A stretch of DNA of 64,000 bases from Rebecca billardiae RCC1528. Taxonomy: Eukaryota > Protista > Haptophyta. The translations under genes and the position numbers were made by a program. The first letter of the stretch is position 1, and each line of letters opens with the position of its first letter. The DNA is taken from NCBI GenBank assembly GCA_965240325.2, contig OZ251230.1, forward strand, positions 1,178,001-1,242,000. The letters are read 5' to 3'. Of this stretch, positions 19,035-27,296 are shown in pieces. Under the pieces are notes generated by a model. The model was not told where the DNA came from. It made no database searches and saw only the letters and a program-made list of their open reading frames with translations.

Positions 19035-21857
19035 ATGGAGCTTGCGCCGGCGGGGCCGGCGCCGAAGCGCAGCCGCTACTTCGCCCAGCGCGCCGTGCGT
19101 GCAGAGCCGAGCGTGGTGCTGTCCAAGTACTTCTCGCCATACTTTGTCCAAGAGTACGCCCCTGGCGAGCGCCGACGGTGGCACCTTGACGACGACTCGA
19201 TGAGCGCGATGGACGCGGGCAGCACCAGCAGCTGCGACGATGGCCACACGAGCGAGGATGACGACGAGGGCGGCTGGTTTGCCAGCGACGAGGACGACGA
19301 GGCGGCTGATGACGCCGCGGGCGCAGAGCTCCCGCTGCAGTGGCCCATGCCTCACGGCGCAGCCGGCGATGGTCAGCCTGACGGCGCGGCGGAGGGCACC
19401 TTTTGCACACAGCCGTGCGTCCAGCCTGCGGCGGAGGACGAGAGCCGCGCGCTGCTGAGCGCGCTGCGCGCGTACCTCACGTCCGTGCGCGCCTCAACCG
19501 ACGCGCTCGCCGATCTGGACAGCGGCGAGTGGTCGGCGCACAGCGTCACGCGCCGCGCGGGCAGGTCAGCGGGCACGCGCGATGTGTACTACGTGCGCGG
19601 CCCTCGGCGCTTTCGCAGCCGACGGGAGGTGGCGGCATTCCTGTGCAGCCCACCGACGGGGCCCCGCGATCTGGGCGCGGGCACGAGTGCTCGCGCCGAT
19701 GCCGCCGCGAGCGTCGTCAACGTCGACGGCGGCGCGAGCGGCGCAGATGCGCGCGCGCTGCTGGCGCGCGCCCACCGTCCTCGGCCTCACCACGTGGCCT
19801 CGGCGCATGCGCGCCTCCGCCAGGGCCGCCTTGGAGACGAGGGCTGCTTCGGCACGCGCGGCGCGCAGCTGCGAAGCCTCGCCGCGTCCGCGTGCGCGTC
19901 CGCCGCCGCCGAGCTGACCCCGCTCGACGCCGCGGCCGACGCCGCGAGCGCCGGCTCGATGGCGGCGACCGCGCTGCGCGAGGCGGGCGCGGCCCTGCGC
20001 CCTTTCGGTGAGGCTGTGGCACGCACGGGCAACGACGCGTTCCCCTCGCAGCGCGACGCGGCGCTGAGCGTGCTCGCGCCGCTGGAGGCGATGGCAGCGG
20101 CCGGCGTGCCCTCGCTCGGCGTCGCAGCCGCCTCCGGGCACGCGCTCCGCGCCGTGCGCCACGACCTGCACCGGCTGAGAATCAACTTCTCGTGCAGAAA
20201 TCGGCAGCGCGCCTCGAGCGTGCGCGCGGCGCGCGACGAGCTGACGGCCCTGCTGCGCCGCGTCGCAGCGGCCGAGGCGCGACTAGACCCGCTGGGCGCC
20301 GCCGAGGCCCGCGCCGCGGCGGAGCGCCGGCGCCGTCGGTCCGAGCGGCAGCGGGCCCGAGAGCTTCGGCTCGGCGTGCCGTGCGTGCCGCCGGGCTCGA
20401 CGGATGAGAGCGCAGACGGCGGCGGCAGCTCTGGCTCCGATTCGGAGGGCGGCCATGCTGCCGGCGCGGAGGGGCAGGGCGGCGGCGCGCGGCACGCCGA
20501 GCCGCTGCCGCCGCCGTGCTCGGCGAGCGAGCTGCGCCTGCGCTGCCCGACCTTTGCGCGCACGCGCAGCTGCGAGCACCTGTGCGCGCACCTCTGCTAC
20601 TACCGCGAGCACGAGCCCGCGCGCCAGCTGTTCGAGCTGAGGCGCCGCGTCGCGGAGGCGACGGGCAGCGCGGCGCCGCTCGACGGCTGGCGCGCCACGC
20701 TGGCGGTGGGCAGGCCCGCCGCGGCAGCTGGCGCGCCCCCGCGCGCGCCTCGCGGCTGGCACGTCCAGTTCACCAGCCCAGCAGCCGCCGTACTGTGCAG
20801 CGCGGCAGAGGTGCTCCGCGCTGTGGGCGTGGACGCCGCGCTCGCGCCCTCGTGGCCGCAGGCATCGCACGGCGGCGCGGGCGTGCGGCTGACAAAGCCT
20901 CAGCTCGACCGGCTCGACCTCGGCGAGCAGAGCGCGTGCCTGCGCGCCGCGCTGTGGCGGGCCGAGGACGAGACCGCGCCCGGGCCCAGCGAGCTCGCAG
21001 CCGCTGCTGCGCCGACGGTGGCGGCGCACATGCCAGCTGCTGCCGCAAGCGCCCGCGCTCCCGAGGCCGGGCAGGGCGCGCATCGCGTGAGCTCATCAGA
21101 GAGCCTGTCAGGACGCCGATCGCCGCTCCGAGGGATCCAGCCTCCCGAGGCGCCCGCCGGCGCTGGGGTTGGCGCTGCGGCATGGGCACTGCCGTGCAAC
21201 GCCGCCCTGCCAGCCGTCGCGCGGCCGCCTCCGCCCGCAGACTTTGACGGCGGCGTGGCGCGAGATCGGCGGCTCGCGCTCGCGGGCCGCGCAGACGGGC
21301 ACGCGCGCGCGCCGCCGCCGCCGCGCTCGCCGTTCGGGCTGCTGGAGGAGATCCTGTGGCACGACGAGCACAAGCTGCTGGTGGCGTGCGTGCTGCTGAA
21401 CGTGACGACGCGCATGCAGGTGGATGTCGTTCTGTGGCGCCTGTTTGCTGCGTTCCCGAGCGCGCGCGCGCTCGCGGCCACGCTCGACGAGCCGCGCGCC
21501 GCTCGCTGCCTTCGCCGGCTGCTGCACCCGCTGGGCTTGCAGCGCAAGCGCGCGCGCAGGCTTGCGCTGCTCTCGCGCGACTGGCTCGAGGCACGGCGCG
21601 CGCTCGCGCGGCGAAGAGACGACGGCCACGCTCCTTTGCCTCCGCCGCACGCCGAGGCGGACGACGACGACGACCCGGATGCGCACCTTGGCGCAGCGCC
21701 GCTACCAACAGAGACTGTGGCGGCCCTGCACGGCGTGGGCGACTACGCGAGCGACGCGCACGAGCTGTTCGTGCTCGGGCGCGTGTGTGAGCACCAGCCG
21801 CCGCGCGACCACGCGCTGCGCTGGTACCACGCGTGGGTGCTGCAGCAGCTGACGTAG
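19035..21857 (+). CDS. MBD4: MBD4-like methyl-CpG-binding HhH-GPD DNA glycosylase
   Basis: MBD-like segment EWSAHSVTRRAGRSAGTRDVYYVRGPRRFRSRREVAAFL. The C-terminus PPRSPFGLLEEILWHDEHKLLVACVLLN..PLGL..LHGVGDYASD..PRDHALRWYHAW matches the MBD4 glycosylase, with the catalytic Asp kept. ATG at 19035; the longer ORF start lies inside the MULE TIR. Confidence 0.88.
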   Translation: MELAPAGPAPKRSRYFAQRAVRAEPSVVLSKYFSPYFVQEYAPGERRRWHLDDDSMSAMDAGSTSSCDDGHTSEDDDEGGWFASDEDDEAADDAAGAELPLQWPMPHGAAGDGQPDGAAEGTFCTQPCVQPAAEDESRALLSALRAYLTSVRASTDALADLDSGEWSAHSVTRRAGRSAGTRDVYYVRGPRRFRSRREVAAFLCSPPTGPRDLGAGTSARADAAASVVNVDGGASGADARALLARAHRPRPHHVASAHARLRQGRLGDEGCFGTRGAQLRSLAASACASAAAELTPLDAAADAASAGSMAATALREAGAALRPFGEAVARTGNDAFPSQRDAALSVLAPLEAMAAAGVPSLGVAAASGHALRAVRHDLHRLRINFSCRNRQRASSVRAARDELTALLRRVAAAEARLDPLGAAEARAAAERRRRRSERQRARELRLGVPCVPPGSTDESADGGGSSGSDSEGGHAAGAEGQGGGARHAEPLPPPCSASELRLRCPTFARTRSCEHLCAHLCYYREHEPARQLFELRRRVAEATGSAAPLDGWRATLAVGRPAAAAGAPPRAPRGWHVQFTSPAAAVLCSAAEVLRAVGVDAALAPSWPQASHGGAGVRLTKPQLDRLDLGEQSACLRAALWRAEDETAPGPSELAAAAAPTVAAHMPAAAASARAPEAGQGAHRVSSSESLSGRRSPLRGIQPPEAPAGAGVGAAAWALPCNAALPAVARPPPPADFDGGVARDRRLALAGRADGHARAPPPPRSPFGLLEEILWHDEHKLLVACVLLNVTTRMQVDVVLWRLFAAFPSARALAATLDEPRAARCLRRLLHPLGLQRKRARRLALLSRDWLEARRALARRRDDGHAPLPPPHAEADDDDDPDAHLGAAPLPTETVAALHGVGDYASDAHELFVLGRVCEHQPPRDHALRWYHAWVLQQLT

Positions 21858-22150
21858 CGCTGAACGCACGCGACTAACTGCACGCGACGCTTGTCCAGCT
21901 GCATGTAGCTAGCACATCAGCAGTATCTTTACTGCTGCTAAGATCGACTACTGCTTTGACGCGGTGAGCAGTTTTATATTATATTGACGATGACGATGAT
22001 GACGATGATATCAGAATTGATGGTCGCCGGTCGTCTCGACTCTCGTCCGCGTCATCGAACTCGAATAAGCCTGCGCTGCTGCTCGGATCACGATCGTCGA
22101 GGCTAGCAGACGACTCCGACTCGTCAGACGTAGTCGGCCGAGTCGTAGGA

Positions 22151-23935
22151 CTACTGCGATGCTGCTGAACTTACTACCAACGTCGCGTCCACATTGAGAA
22201 CGGTCATCGCAACGCTCGCGCCATTCGCGAGCGCCTGCATCCGTGTGAGCGCGTGGTCGATCACGAGCGCCTCCGTGACGCGGTGCACGGCGCGTCGGCC
22301 CGCGCCGCGAGCAGAGCTCGTGCGTCGCGGCGCGGGCTCGGCGCGCATCACAGCGCGGACGGCGGATGCATCGGCGCTCCAGCCCCAGCGGACCACCTGC
22401 GCCCCGTCCGCGTGCTCACACGCGCGCATGCGCTCGAGGAAGTCGTCACCCGCGAGCTCGCCCGCGCGAGCGTCCCGAGCGAGCGCGCGCGGAACGCGCT
22501 CGAGCGCGCGCGCGTACACGTCTGCAGCCGCGCGCAGCTCGGGGTGGCTCAGGCCGCGGGCAAGCGCTGCGTGCTCGCCGGCGGTCCCGAGCGCGCGCTG
22601 GCGCACGGCGTGGGCGAGCGCCGCCTCGGTGCAGCCCCCGCCGGGCAGCACGCGCGCGTCGCGCACCACGAGGGCCAGCGCGTTGAGCGCAGTGGCCGCT
22701 GCCTCCTGCAGCTCGTCCAGTGCGGACGCCGTGCGCGCGCCGAGCAGCACCGTGGTGACCGGCTGCGCTCGAGGCGCGCGGCTGTCCGCCGCGGGGAGCG
22801 GGACGAGCTCGAGCAGCGTGCGACGGCCGAGCTGACGCGTGTACAGCCCGCCGATCACACCGAGCGCGCCCGCGTCGTCGCCCGCGTCTGCGAGCGACGA
22901 GAGCACGCGCGCGCCCGAGACGCGCGCGACCGTGCTCAGGTGGCGGAGGGAGAGCCGCTCCAAGGGCGCGATGCCGCACTCGAGCAGCAGCGACTGCAGC
23001 TCGGGGGCGATGCCCTTCTGCGAGGCGACGAGCCCGACGCGGAGCGCGGCCATGCGCTCGGCGAACACGCGGAGCGCGTGCGAATCCGCCTCGGCGGCGA
23101 GCGAGCCAGAGTCGTCGGCGTGACCAGACTCTGCGTCAGCGGCGGCGCTCTCGGCGCCGGCGCGGCCTGCGCCGTCGGCATCGGCCGCGCGGACGGCAGC
23201 GTACTCGCGCCGAATGCCGTCGTCGGGCGCAGCGCCGGTGAGCGCGACGTCGAACAGCGCCACGGATGCGCCGGCGGGCAGTGACTCCGGTGCGCCGCTC
23301 GGCGGAAGCACGTCGAGCCACGCACCCTCCGCCACTGAGGAGCGGGCGGGAGCCATGCCGAGCAGCGGCAGCGTGCGCACGCACGGCGGCGGCGCGTTCG
23401 GCGCGCGCTCGCCGTCGGGGATGGCGGTGACGAAGGCCTCGACGAGGAGGAAGCTGATGTGCTCGAGCTCGGGCGCGGAGAGCAGGCAGCCGTGCTTCGG
23501 CGCGAGCACCGAGCGCACGAGCGCGAGCGGGCCTCGCAGCTGGTCCTCCCAGCCGATCGACGCGCACAGCGGCGCGTCCCCGGACAGCGCGCACTCGTCG
23601 CACCACGAGACGCACTGCTCGATCGCGGCGGCGAGGCGGTACCCGGGCATGCGCAGCTCCCTGCCGTCGCGCACGAGGCCCGCAGCCACCACCGTCGCCA
23701 GCAGGCCGCCATCCGCCGCGCTGCCGCGTCGCGCGCGCAGAAGGTCAGCGACGAGCCGCGCGCACGGATCATCCAGGCGCGCATTGGCGAAGAGGCGGCG
23801 CGAGGAGGAGGTGACCGTCACATGCCCGCCCGAGGGCACGCTCTGCACCAGCTTGAGCCGGCCACCCGGCCCCATGCTCGAGAGGGCGAGCTCGAGGATC
23901 GTCTGCAGCTCGTCGACGCCATCGTGCGCTTGCAT
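22151..23935 (-). CDS. MKKS: MKKS/BBS6 chaperonin-like protein
   Basis: SSMGPGGRLKLV..GGHVTVTSSSRRL, DGGLL, LVASQKGIAPELQSLL..IAPLERL and LPGGGCTEAALA are characteristic of MKKS rather than canonical CCT subunits (no GDGTT). Likely start is MQAHDG. Confidence 0.82.
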   Translation of the reverse strand: MQAHDGVDELQTILELALSSMGPGGRLKLVQSVPSGGHVTVTSSSRRLFANARLDDPCARLVADLLRARRGSAADGGLLATVVAAGLVRDGRELRMPGYRLAAAIEQCVSWCDECALSGDAPLCASIGWEDQLRGPLALVRSVLAPKHGCLLSAPELEHISFLLVEAFVTAIPDGERAPNAPPPCVRTLPLLGMAPARSSVAEGAWLDVLPPSGAPESLPAGASVALFDVALTGAAPDDGIRREYAAVRAADADGAGRAGAESAAADAESGHADDSGSLAAEADSHALRVFAERMAALRVGLVASQKGIAPELQSLLLECGIAPLERLSLRHLSTVARVSGARVLSSLADAGDDAGALGVIGGLYTRQLGRRTLLELVPLPAADSRAPRAQPVTTVLLGARTASALDELQEAAATALNALALVVRDARVLPGGGCTEAALAHAVRQRALGTAGEHAALARGLSHPELRAAADVYARALERVPRALARDARAGELAGDDFLERMRACEHADGAQVVRWGWSADASAVRAVMRAEPAPRRTSSARGAGRRAVHRVTEALVIDHALTRMQALANGASVAMTVLNVDATLVVSSAASQ

Positions 23936-24625
23936 CTCTACGGCACCTTTTTTTCCCCCCACAAAACACAAGAAAACCCCAGTTCCACTGTCACTGCGGA
24001 TCCACAGATCCTCCCCGTTACCCATGTAATGTTGGTCATGTGACCCCCATAACTCATTCTATGATTTAATGAATCACGAACGAACCGTTGTTTTTCACAC
24101 CGTGCACTGGTTGCACTGCATCGCGATTTGGGGAGGATCTGCCGATCGGGGTACGATGTGCATATTCATCACGGTTGGTTTAAACACCACATATCCACGT
24201 CGCCATCACCCGTATGGAGGTCCTCCTGAATCACAATTATGTGATGTTTGAAAAACGCCGGTTCAGTCGGGGGCTGGCCAGGGTAGGGCTGGAGGCTTCG
24301 GCCGCCAGTCTGATCACCCGGAGCCCGTTATAAAGGGGAATTTAAAAAAGTCGCATCGCGTCGCATGACTAATATGAACTTCGAATGAATCAGGGTTCCA
24401 AACTATATACATACACGTCAGAACCTCTCATATCAGTTTGTGCGTGTGGGTAAAATACCTCGGCAAAATTCGCCAGGCGGTCAGACCATCTGGGGAGCCT
24501 GTGGACCGGAGTAAATCGACCGATTGGCGAAACGAATCGGCGGGTAACTTTTACCCCGGCCGTCGACGAAGACCGGTGGACCACCCTTCGGTGGACCCAC
24601 CCAAGGTCCGCTGCCCCGCCTTTCG
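23936..24625. promoter_or_regulatory. AT-richer divergent intergenic region (putative bidirectional promoter, MKKS / C2H2 gene)
   Basis: Marked GC drop, a TATAAA at ~24328, and a position between head-to-head genes. Confidence 0.4.
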
Positions 24626-25297
24626 ATGGACTTCCAGATCCTCGCACACCGCATGCTCGTGGACTCGGAGATGCGGCGTGCCAACGCTTTGCTGCACAAC
24701 GCCAACAAGGGGATGCTCGCCTTTGTTGATCGCACTCTTCTGCTCTCCGCGCAGGTCGGCATCTCTCGCGCCCTGGCCACGCCCGCGCAGGCGCCCGTCC
24801 AAGACTCGCACGCGATCGGCTCGCTCAGTGCTGGCCAAGAAGAGGATCAGCACGCACTCCATTTCGCATCGAACACGCGGTGGGACGAGCCGACGCACTG
24901 CCCAGAGTGCAAGCACCTCTTCCGGACCAAGTACCAGGCGAAGAAGCATTTCATGCGCGTGCACTACACCGGGCCCAAGGACTACGGCTGCGAGCGCTGT
25001 GGCAAGGCGTATGCCATCCAGGAGGACATCACAACGCATCGCAAGTCGTGCGGCCTCGAGTTCCCGTGCTCGTGTGGCCAGCGCCTGCGCTCGCGCGCAA
25101 CGCTCATGCGTCACTGCCGGCGTACGGGCCACAACAGCAACAGCGCCCCGTCGTCTTCGGCTCCTCCCGCCTCTGATGAGCAGCAGCCGGCGCAGGCAGT
25201 GCGCGCGCCATCTTTGGGATCATCGGCGGACGGTGAGAGTGCTGATGACCTCTTCGCCGCATTGCTGGACTGGTGCATCCTGGCGAAGGCTGACTGA
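24626..25297 (+). CDS. C2H2/C2HC zinc-finger transcription factor, ATMIN(ASCIZ)/WIP/STOP1-type finger array
   Basis: CPECKHLF..KKHFMRVH..YGCERCGKAY..DITTHRKSCG.EFPCSCG..LMRHCRRTGH shows the typical H-x3-CG-x3-4-CxCG linkage. The HFMxxH and H..RTGH endings are ATMIN-like. Confidence 0.8.
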   Translation: MDFQILAHRMLVDSEMRRANALLHNANKGMLAFVDRTLLLSAQVGISRALATPAQAPVQDSHAIGSLSAGQEEDQHALHFASNTRWDEPTHCPECKHLFRTKYQAKKHFMRVHYTGPKDYGCERCGKAYAIQEDITTHRKSCGLEFPCSCGQRLRSRATLMRHCRRTGHNSNSAPSSSAPPASDEQQPAQAVRAPSLGSSADGESADDLFAALLDWCILAKAD

Positions 25298-25522
25298 TTC
25301 GTGCGCTGGCGACGACGACTCAGACTCAGTCACGGACTGGCAACACTATTGATGCGCGGTCGCTGCGCTCCGGATGCCGTCCATTCGCGCCGCGCCCGCG
25401 GCCCGCCGCGCCGCGCCGGACGCGCCGGTGCCAGCCGCCCCGCGCGCCGCTCTCAGCGCTCTGGAGCCTGCATGTGACCACGTGCTGCGCCAGTATCAGA
25501 GGCGGGCGGCATTATGCAGTAG

Positions 25523-27218
25523 AGCCACAGTAAACACGCCCCAGCGGGCGATCATCCGTGGGCCCATCCCGTACTGGGCGGACCGTATAGCTGGCCATTA
25601 CATGGGACACTAGCTCGGGTGTCGCGCCACGACTCTGCCACGAGAAGAGCCCGCGTCCGAAGCAGGCGTGTTCGAGCTCGCAGCAGCACGCGACCGACAT
25701 GTGATGCTTGCTCCCACCCGTCCCGATGGATGGCGGGCCTGGGTGGCTATCTGAGCGGGGGATTGGGTGCCAAGACTTGCCCGCATGCCTCTTCGGGACG
25801 GCTGGAAATGTCTCGCCCCCAATATCCTCCACCTCAAAAGTGCTGATGCACTTTTGTGGGCTCGAGCGGCACATCGAGCGCATGCCCGTCGGGTCACATC
25901 CTCAAGCAATCAAGGCGGACTTGAGCGTTGTTTGTGACGCGCCTGGTGTCCAGATGTCCATCGAGTGCGTGCTTCTTGTCCGACCTGGCGGTTCATGCCT
26001 TCACATCTACGATGTTTATGGATCGGACACAGGTGATGGACTGCTGCGAGAGCTCTGGACAGCGACGGCCAGTACACCAGGCGAATGGTGCCGACCATGG
26101 CTGACGGTGCGTGTGCCTGCACACTTCGGGCGTGCTTTCGAGCGCCCACCTCCCCGACCGCCAGCGCCTCTGCTTCCCACGCTAGGGCTGCATGATTCCC
26201 ACCCAGTTGTGTGCTCATGCAATGATGCCGTCTGCGCGGCCCCGTCTGCGCACGCGCGCAGAACAGCTCGTTTGCGCTGACTCAGGGCGACCTGAGCGAG
26301 CTTGACTACCTTCACGACCTCGTTGCGCACTTGCGCACTCGACGACGTGCCGAGGTCGCGGTTCTGCCGATGGTTGCATCTCGTTCAGGCGCACATCACA
26401 GCAGTGTGCATCAGTCGGATGACCGTGACGAATGCGAGCAGCTCAGCGAGGCACAACCATGCCCAGTCGGGTGCGCTTTGGGGTGCCGCGCCAGTGCGAA
26501 GGCCTCGCATTCCACGATTCACATCGCTCACGTCACCCTCTCTGCGTCGACCCACTGCCCACGCGCTTCGCGCGCCGTCGCGCAGATCACTGCTCATCAG
26601 CTTGCAGCTCAAAGGAGACGAAGCGGTCGCGGCAGTGCGCTGGCTCGTCGAGCTGACGTGCCGCGGTCGCGGCAGCTGGGCGCCAGCTTGGCAGCTCGTG
26701 TGCGCTCTTCTTCCGCGAGCAGCTGCCGGCCTGCTTCAGCTTCGTGGGCAAGCGCGCGCGATGTCTTTCCGCGGGAGTGCGCAGGGTGCAGCTGCGGCAG
26801 CAAACGCATCGTGCTCGAGCAGCGCGCGAGGAGGCGGCACGGGCGATTCGAGGCTCATTCGAGTCGCGGTGACTCTGCCAGGGCATATACTCTCCACACC
26901 TCACCTACCGAGCTGGACCCTGTCTTCGCTTCCTCCAGCGATCCGCGCGCGCACACGCGGTGTTGACAGCTCGATCAGCCAGTCTCGGTGCCGTTCGGCG
27001 CCGAGCTCGAGGACGGGCAGGGCGAGCAGCTGCGCTGGCATGAGAGCTCTCTGACGCTTCTGACAGGGCGCTATGCGTGTCTAGCTGTCCGCTGACATGT
27101 CCCAGTCGCCGCAGGCCCTCCGTGGGCTCGGCCATCGAGCCTCACGCGAGCGACCCGCGAGGCGGGCGTCCGCCATTTTGTTTGTCCGCTTCGCCGCTGG
27201 GGCGTGTTCACTGTGGCT
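25523..27218. mobile_element. Decayed TIR DNA transposon (~1.7 kb, possibly PIF/Harbinger-like)
   Basis: AGCCACAGTAAACACGCCCCAGCGG (25523-25547) is inverted relative to CCGCTGGGGCGTGTTCACTGTGGCT (27194-27218), with 1 mismatch. The interior has lower GC and fragmented ORFs. The TSD is not clean. Confidence 0.6.
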
Positions 27219-27296
27219 ATATATCGATCGATCTGCCATGATTATTGCTGCTGGCTCAGAGGCCGCTAGTCGTCCGTCCGATCACCATCATCAGCA

